NCBI GenBank assembly: GCA_943329665.2
Contig: CALQEU020000020.1
Span: 584-64,583 of the forward strand
DNA: 64,000 nt
Direction of reading: 5' to 3'
Source of the DNA: Bifidobacterium breve
GTDB taxonomy: Bacteria > Bacteroidota > Bacteroidia > AKYH767-A > OLB10
Made by a program: the position numbers and the translations under genes
Notes under the pieces: model-generated
The model's database searches: none
Told to the model about the DNA's origin: nothing
What the model saw: only the letters and a program-made list of their open reading frames with translations
Shown here: in pieces, positions 31,580-40,538 of the stretch
Layout: every line of letters begins with the position of its first letter
How positions within the stretch are numbered: position 1 is the stretch's first letter

Positions 31580-34500
31580 TTACTCAATCATTACTTTACT
31601 GGATTTAATTTTTTCTTCATCCAATACCATCACTTCGTAAATCCCTTTTTCAAATCCGGAAACATCAATCTGGAAAGGTTCGTTTCTTCCCATAAAAGAT
31701 TTATTCCATACCAATCTACCGGAAGCATCCACGATCCGAACAGAAACCTCTTTTACATCAGTAGCTACATATAAAAAATTATTTGCCGGATTCGGATAAA
31801 TATTCACCACATCATTTTTCGTGCTGAAACGTGCCTGCTCCCATTGCGTGGTGGATGATTCACCGTTCAAATCCGTTTGACGGATACGGTACCAAGAGAT
31901 CCCTTTTATCGGATTTTTATCTGTGAAAGAATACTCATTCAAATCCTGGCTAAAAAATGAACCCGCAACTTTTCCGATAGCTTCCACACTGAGAAGATCC
32001 GTCGATCTTTCTACCGTAAAAAAGTCGTTAAACTGTTCACTGGCTGTTGACCAATACAATTTCGCGTGATACGCTTCTTCTTCCAAGTTGAACATCACCC
32101 AGGTGACTGGTAAAGGTGCAGCACTGTTGCTTAATGTCCATACTCTTTGACTGGTTATATTAGGTATAGTAACCGCATAAGCAATTGCAGACTGTCCCAC
32201 CAATAAAGGCTGCCATTTGTTTACCGATAAGTCGTAATGCTGCGCCCTCATTTGAGCAGGCACATTGTAAGGTATTATAGGAAGTTCAGAAGCTTGGTAA
32301 CTTAATATGAGATTAGCTGCTGTTGGGGTGCTTGTTGCTGAAACCAACCAGAATCTGTCGGAAGTGGCATCACGGTTATCAGGTGCTAATCCTATCAAAC
32401 TATTCAGATTAGTTACCGCTGGTGGCCAAGGGAGATTTGTGGAAGGTGTATTGTAAGTAGCAAAACTTATATTACCTGCATTACCACTTGTTAAGTCATA
32501 GGTAACAGGAATGTAGTTAGCAGAACTGTAACCAAAGGGAATAACATGCCCTCCGGTTGTACTGTTCATTGTCCAAATGATCGCGCCGCTAAAATCTCGC
32601 ACTTCGCTTCGGATATAACCTGTTGTGCGAGTGATGCCGGAAATGTTAGAATTTTCAACGGTAACGGTACGGCCACCCGTTAATGGATTCCCGGCATTGT
32701 TCGCTAAGTTTAATTCTCCGGATGTCAAACGCAGTTCGGTTCTGACAAATACATTCCCAGTCGCAGATGGGAGGTTGGTAGGCGTAACCCAAATCAGTGG
32801 AGTCACTTGATTAACTTCAACGATACCATATTTATGTTGGTTTGCAGTAGCGAGACCAAGATTTATCCCGGTCATTATTTGAGTAGCTGTTCCGTAATAT
32901 TCAACGATGCTGTTTGCTCCAAGAAAATAATTCAAGGTTCCTGTGGAATTAAAGGCTGCCAATGTTGAGTTATTATACAAACCGGAAGCATGTTTGGTTC
33001 TTAATCTTCCCAGATCCGAAACCGTTATACCGGAATTAGCAGCAAGGACGTTGGAGAATACCTGACTACTTCTCAGATCAAGAACTGCATTTCCGCTCAC
33101 GTTAAAATAATTTAAAGCGGGCGAAGCATGAGAAGCGATTTGCACATCACCAAGTATTACATCAACCGTACAAGCAGGACTGATCTCTTGTTTCACCTGC
33201 TGAATGCTATGGGGTGCAGTTCGAGAAAAAGAAATCGTACCAGCTCTCTGGAAATAAAGCATTCCAAATGTTGCTGCGACTCCAGCTCCTGCACGCGTCA
33301 TACTTCCATTACCGGAAATGGTATACGTAGCACCTTTAAGAATGAGATTATTCACCGCAGTAGCAGCAGCGTTATTACTGAAATTGATGATTCCTCCGGT
33401 TTGTGAAAAATTACCAAGCACTGTGGCGGTAACGGGTGTTGCTGCAGCAACAGCGGCGTTGTTAAAAAGCAGAAAAGTACCTGCACTCTGAGTGAATGTC
33501 CCATTGAAATTAAGTGTGCCCGTTCCGCTTTGTCCTTTAGCAGAAAGCGTTCCTCCTGATATCGTAGCGCTACCAGCAAGATTGAATACCAGATTACCTG
33601 TTTCCGAACTGAGATAAGTGTTACCTCCGTTCACCAGCAAATTACCATTTACAGTAAGTGTACTATTATGACCATTACCACCAAGAGCAGGAACTACATT
33701 AAAATAGTTATTACCATTGCTGACAGAAAGATTACCGGTGATCACTACCGTTTCAATTCCTGTACTGTTATTCGAATCAAATTCACCTGCTGCAGTACCG
33801 CCTATAGTCATTTTTCCCCCTACGGTCATGTTCAACACATGGGTGCTGGGTATACCACTCAATGTTGCCAAACGAGAAATTGCAAAAAGATTGGTAGCCG
33901 CAGAATAATTAATACTAAGATCACCAGTAACAATAAAATTGACAGTTTGTGCTGAAGGATTGTGTGCGTAATTCGCGTTAAAGGTTCCACCCGTGAAATT
34001 AAAACTACCCACTTGGAAAGAAGTAACACCCGCTGTAAAGGTTGCAAGATTATACACTCCTCTGAAATCCCCGCCACTTTGAACGATACTTGAAGTAATA
34101 TTGAATTGCCCGGTGCCATCACCATTATAAATTCCGAAAGTAGACCCGTTGGAAATTTCCATTGCATTTGCATTCAATACAAACTTACCATTAGCCTGGT
34201 AAATACCATACAAATAAGATGTAGTAAGAGAAGTTCCGCTACAAAAAATAGTTCCTGTTACATTTATAGTAATATCACCTACTGCTCCTTGCTTGAAGAG
34301 AAGAAAACCATCATTAATTACAAGGTTGCCGCCAATAGTAAATATAGTATTTCCCGCTAACGCATCGAGGTACGTTGCGCAACCGTTTTGAACTGTGAAA
34401 TTTCCGGTAATGATTCTAGTAAATCCTAGCCCTTGATTGTTCCAGTAAAACATACCCGGGTTCCAGCTAAGGATTAGGTTTCCGAAATTGGACGCTAGAC

Positions 34501-34981
34501 CTGTTACGAGAAAATCAGCCGTTCCGGACCAACTGTCGATTCGTACGGTACTGCCGACATTAAACACTTCTGTTCCAGCAAAAATGGTGATTGGTGCTAG
34601 CTGGTTATTGTTGTGGATGTATAATCCTCCACTCTGAATAGTAAATGTCCCAGATGCGGTTAAAGTTTTGTTAGCACCTCCACCAGTTGTCCCTGTTTGC
34701 AACGTTCCGCCATTCAGAACTGTAATATTTTTTATAGGCGCGTTGGCCGTTACACTTACCACATTTCCGGCACAGATTATTATATCATCCAATGCACCGG
34801 GAGTAGTAATAGCGGCGGCTCCTCCACAGGCAACGGTTGACCAAGTAGCAACAGCTGAAAAATTACCTGTAGCACGTGAATAATAAATTGCAGCTTTACT
34901 TGAATTTAAGGAGCAAAAGAATAACACTAAGATTATTACTTGCCTAAATGTGTAGCCCTTTACTGTTTTGAAGTGTCCCAT
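31580..34981 (-). CDS. Large (1133 aa) T9SS-secreted protein, Gly/Asn/Thr-rich beta-helix-like repeats
   Basis: Signal peptide. Long low-complexity G/N/T/S repeats. FN3-like LPVTWVMFNLEEEAYHAKLYWSTASEQFNDFFTVERS. Por tail IYPNPANNFLYVATD...GIYEVMVL. Confidence 0.8.
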   Translation of the reverse strand: MGHFKTVKGYTFRQVIILVLFFCSLNSSKAAIYYSRATGNFSAVATWSTVACGGAAAITTPGALDDIIICAGNVVSVTANAPIKNITVLNGGTLQTGTTGGGANKTLTASGTFTIQSGGLYIHNNNQLAPITIFAGTEVFNVGSTVRIDSWSGTADFLVTGLASNFGNLILSWNPGMFYWNNQGLGFTRIITGNFTVQNGCATYLDALAGNTIFTIGGNLVINDGFLLFKQGAVGDITINVTGTIFCSGTSLTTSYLYGIYQANGKFVLNANAMEISNGSTFGIYNGDGTGQFNITSSIVQSGGDFRGVYNLATFTAGVTSFQVGSFNFTGGTFNANYAHNPSAQTVNFIVTGDLSINYSAATNLFAISRLATLSGIPSTHVLNMTVGGKMTIGGTAAGEFDSNNSTGIETVVITGNLSVSNGNNYFNVVPALGGNGHNSTLTVNGNLLVNGGNTYLSSETGNLVFNLAGSATISGGTLSAKGQSGTGTLNFNGTFTQSAGTFLLFNNAAVAAATPVTATVLGNFSQTGGIINFSNNAAATAVNNLILKGATYTISGNGSMTRAGAGVAATFGMLYFQRAGTISFSRTAPHSIQQVKQEISPACTVDVILGDVQIASHASPALNYFNVSGNAVLDLRSSQVFSNVLAANSGITVSDLGRLRTKHASGLYNNSTLAAFNSTGTLNYFLGANSIVEYYGTATQIMTGINLGLATANQHKYGIVEVNQVTPLIWVTPTNLPSATGNVFVRTELRLTSGELNLANNAGNPLTGGRTVTVENSNISGITRTTGYIRSEVRDFSGAIIWTMNSTTGGHVIPFGYSSANYIPVTYDLTSGNAGNISFATYNTPSTNLPWPPAVTNLNSLIGLAPDNRDATSDRFWLVSATSTPTAANLILSYQASELPIIPYNVPAQMRAQHYDLSVNKWQPLLVGQSAIAYAVTIPNITSQRVWTLSNSAAPLPVTWVMFNLEEEAYHAKLYWSTASEQFNDFFTVERSTDLLSVEAIGKVAGSFFSQDLNEYSFTDKNPIKGISWYRIRQTDLNGESSTTQWEQARFSTKNDVVNIYPNPANNFLYVATDVKEVSVRIVDASGRLVWNKSFMGRNEPFQIDVSGFEKGIYEVMVLDEEKIKSSKVMIE

Positions 34982-35128
34982 CTAACCTCTTAATTCTAGG
35001 TAATATTATAAATAAACTGTTAAATACCACTAAATATTTGTTAAAATATCAATATTTAGTTGTTTACAGGGGCTTTAGTCGGGCTAATGTATCTTTTCTA
35101 TAGATTTATCTCGTGCTTTATCAATCAA

Positions 35129-35767
35129 TTATGAAAGCCATTGGAAGTGATTAGTCTCGATATTTTCACCGTTCTCTACCCGAAGCAGCCGAGCAGCTAA
35201 TCCAATGTTAAGTGCACCTTCAACATGTTGTTTACTATCATCAATAAACAAAGTTTTAGTTCGGTCGAGGTTATTGTCGCTGATTACTTTTTCGAAGATT
35301 TCTGCATCCGGTTTTCGCATACCCATCTCACAAGACAAATAGCATTTCTCGAAGATGGAAAGGAAATTATTTTCTCCAAAAATTTCCTCTGCCATTTTAG
35401 TAAAAGCTTTTACATGGATACGATTGGTATTGCTCAATAAGAATATTCTATGCTTCGCTCCCACTCGTTTTAAAAACTCCACACGGTGTACTGGAATATC
35501 AATGAGCATAGCATTCCAGGCGTGGTCTATTTGTACATCACTAATGTTTGGGGGAAGATGCTTTTTTAGCTCACTCCTAAAACCATCTACCGACATAATT
35601 CCCTTTTCAAAATCATCAAAGAGATTTGATTGTTTTGCTTTGGAATAAATATCATCGAAATCCGTTAAGCCTAACTTCACAAATTCGGCTGCGGTCCGCT
35701 GATAGTCTAGGTCGATGATGACACCTCCGAGGTCGAAGATGATAGAATGGTATTTAGAGTTACTCAT
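35129..35767 (-). CDS. HAD-superfamily hydrolase (subfamily IA)
   Basis: Motif I IIFDLGGVII, motif II LLSNTN, motif IV FIDDS. Confidence 0.8.
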   Translation of the reverse strand: MSNSKYHSIIFDLGGVIIDLDYQRTAAEFVKLGLTDFDDIYSKAKQSNLFDDFEKGIMSVDGFRSELKKHLPPNISDVQIDHAWNAMLIDIPVHRVEFLKRVGAKHRIFLLSNTNRIHVKAFTKMAEEIFGENNFLSIFEKCYLSCEMGMRKPDAEIFEKVISDNNLDRTKTLFIDDSKQHVEGALNIGLAARLLRVENGENIETNHFQWLS

Positions 35768-36197
35768 TATCTCAAGTGATTAATTGCACTATACACTAAA
35801 ATGATTTCAGTTTAGGAACCCACAAAAGTGTGATTAAATTGCAATAGAACAAACTTGAAGGCCTCAAAAAATCAATTAAAAAAAAGCCATCGTTCGCCCA
35901 GAAGTAGAAACTGCGTAACACTTCAGTGTAAATAGGTGAGGCGCAAAAAAATAATTATGCTGAATTAAATTCGAAATGCCTAAAGAAGCAATGAGGAAGA
36001 AGATTAACACTTCACATTAAATTAGAAATACGACAGACACTAAATATATCATCAAATTATTAATTTATTCTTAAGCAGGAGTTAATTCTGCACTTCAGCC
36101 TGTCAAGTTTCTTAATTTATATTGACTCACTACTAATTATAATTTAGCTTGCGTGTTAATCTGCTAATATTATTAAATTTAGAAGAAATAAAACAAT

Positions 36198-37625
36198 ATG
36201 AAAACCAAATTTATACTAATTGTTTGCGCCTTACTCACAGTAAACATTTTATATGCTCAAAATGGCCTGCAACAACTTATCATAGAAAAATACTATGTTT
36301 CCAATTCAGTGGATTCCGCAAGTGCAAGTGCTGATCTTTCCTTGGCTGGTTATTCTACAGGGACTTTACCTTCTGGATCGGTAACATACAGAATATACGC
36401 TGATCTATTACCTAACTGGGGCATACAATCCGTGTTTGGAGTATCAAATCATCCATTGACATTAACTACCACTGGTAATTTTTTCAATCATCCTAATGGC
36501 GGTGGCAATGGTGGTCCGTTTGGAACTGCGAGCGCTGGAATTTTAGGTTCTGGAACCACCTTGCTCGATTCCTATATTTCTTGTGGTGGCGTTGCTCCAT
36601 CACGATTTGGTGTAATAAAAACAGAAGACAATTCAGCTGCAATCCCAACGGGTGGCGGAGCCAATTATATTTCGCCCTCTGCAACTATTCTTGCCAACAA
36701 CGATCCAACGGCTACACCTCCACTCACTACATTTGATGGTATCTATCGTATTTCTGTTTCACCAACTTTACTTGCTTTAACATTAATTGGAGATGTAGGT
36801 ACGCCAGCGCTTAATCTTTTAACTGATGGGGCTGTAGTCGGAAATACTTTTACTAGCAATAATTGCTCTTGGGGAGTATTAGGAGAACAGGTTGGAGCCT
36901 TTCCAACAGGAACGAACAAAGTATTAATCGGTCAATTTACATCAAAAGGTGTTTTCAGTTATAATTTTAACATTCAAATCAGAAATAACGTAACATTTGC
37001 AATTCAAACATTCGTTGCAGCTAACCCAGTTGCTGCGGAAATATTGATGCCTTCTTTATCTGGAACTACGGGTCTACCAGTTATTATTTCATTTAATCCA
37101 ACATCAGGTGTTGTAGGAACAAGTGTTACTATTAATGGAAGTGGATTCTATGGAACTACTACCGTAGCTTTTAACGGAACGAGTGCTCCTTTTACTATTA
37201 ATAGTGCAGGACAAATTACAGCTATTGTCCCTGTAGGAGCAACGACTGGATCTATCTCTGTGCAAAACAACAATGGTACTGGTTTCAGCTCAACAAACTT
37301 TACGGTCATAAGCAATTCGGTTACTCTGAATATAACTGCAATGATTGAAGGGTTATATGCTGGGAGTAGTACCATGACCGGAATTGTATCTCCAACGATT
37401 GCAGATACCATCTCAGTAGAAATACATAATAGCACAAGTCCTTTTGCTCTGGTTCAATCTTATTCAACAACCATCAGTAATACGGGTTTAATATCCGTAG
37501 TTATTCCGGGTGCTTATCTTGGAAATTCATATTACATCGTTCTACGACATCGTAACTCAATAGAAACTTGGAGTAAGTTCCCTGTAACATTAAGCTCGAT
37601 CACGAATTATAATTTAAAAGATTAA
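36198..37625 (+). CDS. Secreted protein with IPT/TIG domain
   Basis: Signal peptide. IPT/TIG-like PVIISFNPTSGVVGTSVTINGSGFYGTTTVAFNGTSAPFTINSAGQITAIVPVGATTGSISV. Confidence 0.7.
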   Translation: MKTKFILIVCALLTVNILYAQNGLQQLIIEKYYVSNSVDSASASADLSLAGYSTGTLPSGSVTYRIYADLLPNWGIQSVFGVSNHPLTLTTTGNFFNHPNGGGNGGPFGTASAGILGSGTTLLDSYISCGGVAPSRFGVIKTEDNSAAIPTGGGANYISPSATILANNDPTATPPLTTFDGIYRISVSPTLLALTLIGDVGTPALNLLTDGAVVGNTFTSNNCSWGVLGEQVGAFPTGTNKVLIGQFTSKGVFSYNFNIQIRNNVTFAIQTFVAANPVAAEILMPSLSGTTGLPVIISFNPTSGVVGTSVTINGSGFYGTTTVAFNGTSAPFTINSAGQITAIVPVGATTGSISVQNNNGTGFSSTNFTVISNSVTLNITAMIEGLYAGSSTMTGIVSPTIADTISVEIHNSTSPFALVQSYSTTISNTGLISVVIPGAYLGNSYYIVLRHRNSIETWSKFPVTLSSITNYNLKD

Positions 37626-37880
37626 ATATTTTTCATCTTACTATTGTAATTCGAGCTCACAATAAAAATAATTTTATTGAGGGGAACCAAATGAAACAAC
37701 ATTGAATCATGTATTTTATTCAAAACAAAATGTCCTCTTGACTAAAGATTCAGCGCGTTAATTATTCAGTTAAAAAAATTGTCCTCCGTCAAAACTTTGC
37801 TGAAGCTTCGGAGGGCACAGCCCAGAAGTGTAAAGCCAATGAGAATTTAAGTTTGACAAGAAATCCCAATCCGAAGAGAA

Positions 37881-37912
37881 AATAAAAAGCCAAGAATTAG
37901 TTCTTGGCTTTT
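37881..37912 (-). terminator. Intrinsic terminator downstream of the tRNA
   Basis: Stem AGCCAAGAA / TTCTTGGCT with a 4-nt loop, followed on the minus strand by TTTTTATTT. Confidence 0.75.
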
Positions 37913-37924
37913 CTACTTCTGGGG

Positions 37925-37998
37925 TGGGCCCAGTAGGACTTGAACCTACGACCGACGGATTATGAGTCCGGCGCTCTAACCAACTGAGCTATAGGCCC
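37925..37998 (-). tRNA. tRNA with anticodon CAU (elongator type; Ile2-lysidine or Met)
   Basis: Folded by hand as a cloverleaf. Acceptor GGGCCTA/TGGGCCC, D arm GCTC-AGTTGGTTA-GAGC, anticodon loop CTCATAA, T arm GTAGG-TTCAAGT-CCTAC, discriminator A. The 1-72 G-C pair excludes an initiator. C4-G69 and C5-G68 resemble tRNA-Ile2. Confidence 0.9.
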
Positions 37999-38062
37999 GA
38001 TTTAATAGCAATTAGTTGAAAGCCCTCTTGCGTATCAATTTAAAGAGGAACAAAAATAAAAC

Positions 38063-39262
38063 TTAAGCCGATACAGACTTCAAAACACCCAATTCTTTTC
38101 CAACTTTTGTAAATGCGGCGATGGCTTGGTCGATATGGTGGCGCTCGTGTCCGGCTGAGATCTGAACTCGAATGCGTGCATTCCCCTTAGCCACAACAGG
38201 ATAGAAGAAACCAACCACGTATACTCCTTCTTCTAAAAGTCGGGAAGCAAAATCTTGAGCCAACTTGGCATCGTACAACATAATAGGAACAATAGGATGG
38301 GTTCCGGGTTTGATATCGAATCCAGCAGCCAAAATTTGAGTGCGGAAATAGTCGGTGTTATCCCATAATTTATCACGTAAAGCTGTACTTGAACTCAACA
38401 TATTCAACACTTCGATGCTGGCGCCCACAATACTTGGAGCTAACGAATTTGAGAATAAATAGGGACGAGAACGTTGGCGCAACATCTCCACAATTTCCTT
38501 TCTGCCTGATGTGAATCCACCCATCGCGCCGCCTAAGGCTTTACCAAATGTTCCGGTGATGATATCTACCCGACCCATTACATTGCAATGCTCATGCGTA
38601 CCTCTGCCTGTTTTCCCCATAAATCCAGAAGCGTGACATTCGTCAATCATAACAAGAGCGTTGTATTTATCGGCAAGGTCACAGATTTTATCCAGTTGTG
38701 CGATGGTACCATCCATACTAAACACGCCATCGGAAACAATCATGCGATGACGCAAATGTTGAGTTGCTTTTAATTGCTCCTCTAAATCCGACATATCATT
38801 ATGCTTATAGCGATAACGCTGCGCTTTGCACAAACGCACACCATCAATAATAGAAGCGTGATTTAATTCATCACTGATGATGGCATCTTGCTCATTGAGT
38901 AAGGGCTCGAAAACACCGCCATTCGCATCGAATGCAGCAGCGTACAAGATGGTATCTTCTGCTCCTAAAAATTCAGAAACTTTTCTTTCTAATTCTTTAT
39001 GAATATCCTGTGTACCACAAATAAATCGAACACTACTCATTCCAAAACCATGGGTATCGATTGCCTTTTTTGCAGCGACGAGAACACGTTGATGGGAAGA
39101 TAATCCCAAATAATTATTCGCACAAAAATTAATTACTTCTAAATTGTTGGCGGTGATATCGGCTCCTTGAGGGGAACTAATCACTCTTTCATTTTTATAG
39201 AGACCATTCTCTTTAATTTCTTGAAGTTCTTTAGCAAGGAGGGGTTGTAGGGTGGTATACAT
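38063..39262 (-). CDS. kbl: Glycine C-acetyltransferase (2-amino-3-ketobutyrate CoA ligase)
   Basis: N-terminus [19 protein letters not shown]-lysine region SMDGT and GTFGKALGG. Alpha-oxoamine synthase family. An 8-amino-7-oxononanoate synthase is the alternative call. Confidence 0.8.
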   Translation of the reverse strand: MYTTLQPLLAKELQEIKENGLYKNERVISSPQGADITANNLEVINFCANNYLGLSSHQRVLVAAKKAIDTHGFGMSSVRFICGTQDIHKELERKVSEFLGAEDTILYAAAFDANGGVFEPLLNEQDAIISDELNHASIIDGVRLCKAQRYRYKHNDMSDLEEQLKATQHLRHRMIVSDGVFSMDGTIAQLDKICDLADKYNALVMIDECHASGFMGKTGRGTHEHCNVMGRVDIITGTFGKALGGAMGGFTSGRKEIVEMLRQRSRPYLFSNSLAPSIVGASIEVLNMLSSSTALRDKLWDNTDYFRTQILAAGFDIKPGTHPIVPIMLYDAKLAQDFASRLLEEGVYVVGFFYPVVAKGNARIRVQISAGHERHHIDQAIAAFTKVGKELGVLKSVSA

Positions 39263-39291
39263 ATTTCAAGTTTTGAGAGCCTAAAGTTAAT

Positions 39292-39299
39292 CAAACTTA
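39292..39299 (-). promoter_or_regulatory. -7 promoter box TAAGTTTG upstream of kbl
   Basis: The reverse complement matches TAnnTTTG. It lies ~29 nt upstream of the ATG at 39262. Confidence 0.4.
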
Positions 39300-39320
39300 T
39301 CAAATAAAATCAACGTCTCT

Positions 39321-40427
39321 TTACAAACTATACCTCTTTCCGGCTTTTAATTTCACAACATTCTTTAACTCCAATTGCAAAAGTGTGTTTGCTAACTTTG
39401 AAAAGGGCATTGCAGTGGTTGATGAGATCACATCAATTCCACATTCTCCTTTTTCTTTAAGCACATCGACCACACGATTTTCATCTTCACTCAACTCAAA
39501 AAATAACTGAGTTTGTTTTATGACTTGTTCTTTCTTTTTGTCATCAGTCCAACCCATCAACCAAATTAAATCTTGTGCACAAGTAATGAGTGCAGCTTTT
39601 TGATCGCGAACATAGGCATTACAACCTTTGCTGAACTCATCACTCACTCTTCCAGGGAAGGCAAATACTTCCCGATCGTAACCTTGCGCTAAATCAGCGG
39701 TAATGAGTGCGCCTCCTTTCTCACTCGCTTCAACAACAACTACTGCATCGCACATTCCAGCAACAATTCGATTTCGAGAAGGGAAATTCTCTCGATCGGG
39801 AGGTGTTTGAATCGGATACTCTGTTAAAATTCCACCCTGTGATAACATTTTTCCTGCTACAGTACGATGCAATTGAGGATAGATACGATCCATGCCATGC
39901 GCGGTAACACCAATGGTAGGAATACCAAACTGAAGTGCGGCTTCGTGCGCGCAAATATCAATTCCATAAGCCAATCCACTCACCATTGTCACATCCAATC
40001 CTTGCAACTCCTCCACCAACTTTTTCGTTACCTCCTCACCGTTAGTGGTGGATGATCGAGTACCTACGATTGCAACAAATCGACCTTGATTTAAATTTGC
40101 ATTCCCTTTAAAATACAAAAGACAGGGTGCATCAGCACATTGCTGCAACCGATTTGGATACCCTTCATCCGTATAAAATAAAACTTGAAGTTTATGCTTT
40201 TTAACAAATGCTAACTCCTTTTCCGCCCTTTCCAAAACAGATACATTGAATGCATTTTGAATACGCTTTGGCCCTACGCCGGGGATTTTTGCTAATAAAG
40301 CTTTCCGCTCTTTAAACACAGAAACAGCAGAGCCACAATGACTATATAGGGCTCGAGCGATAACAGGACCTACGTTCGGCAATAAACTTAATGCAATACG
40401 ATGTAATAACTCTTCTTCTAGTTCCAT
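39321..40427 (-). CDS. dprA: DNA-processing protein DprA (Smf)
   Basis: GTRSSTTNGEEV...VSGLAYGIDICAHEAAL...GALITA Rossmann-like DprA core. Confidence 0.85.
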   Translation of the reverse strand: MELEEELLHRIALSLLPNVGPVIARALYSHCGSAVSVFKERKALLAKIPGVGPKRIQNAFNVSVLERAEKELAFVKKHKLQVLFYTDEGYPNRLQQCADAPCLLYFKGNANLNQGRFVAIVGTRSSTTNGEEVTKKLVEELQGLDVTMVSGLAYGIDICAHEAALQFGIPTIGVTAHGMDRIYPQLHRTVAGKMLSQGGILTEYPIQTPPDRENFPSRNRIVAGMCDAVVVVEASEKGGALITADLAQGYDREVFAFPGRVSDEFSKGCNAYVRDQKAALITCAQDLIWLMGWTDDKKKEQVIKQTQLFFELSEDENRVVDVLKEKGECGIDVISSTTAMPFSKLANTLLQLELKNVVKLKAGKRYSL

Positions 40428-40476
40428 ATTAAAATCACCGCCGGGATTGGATTAAAATTCACCGATTGGGACGCCG

Positions 40477-40484
40477 CAAATATA
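40477..40484 (-). promoter_or_regulatory. -7 promoter box TATATTTG upstream of dprA (divergent from the 40521 box)
   Basis: The reverse complement matches TAnnTTTG. Confidence 0.4.
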
Positions 40485-40520
40485 GATATTAATAAAAAAA
40501 TGATGATCTTTTGGCCAAAA

Positions 40521-40528
40521 TAAATTTG
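40521..40528 (+). promoter_or_regulatory. -7 promoter box TAAATTTG upstream of the TonB-dependent receptor
   Basis: Matches TAnnTTTG. It ends 10 nt before the ATG at 40539. Confidence 0.5.
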
Positions 40529-40538
40529 CAGCCTTCCA

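Noticed and set aside
31523-31774. 83-aa plus-strand ORF spanning the mce stop and the 3' end of the 1133-aa gene
   Set aside because: It overlaps two well-supported genes, including the Por-tail coding region on the opposite strand.
36149-36334. 61-aa ORF overlapping the start of the IPT/TIG gene
   Set aside because: It is an alternative frame over the same 5' region. The 475-aa frame has a proper signal peptide and continues for 1.4 kb.
35768-38062. Integrated element at the tRNA gene
   Set aside because: No integrase or other mobile genes are present, and I found no direct duplication of the tRNA 3' end. The only enclosed gene is an ordinary secreted IPT/TIG protein. The flanking CCCAGAAGT motifs are reported only as a low-interest motif.
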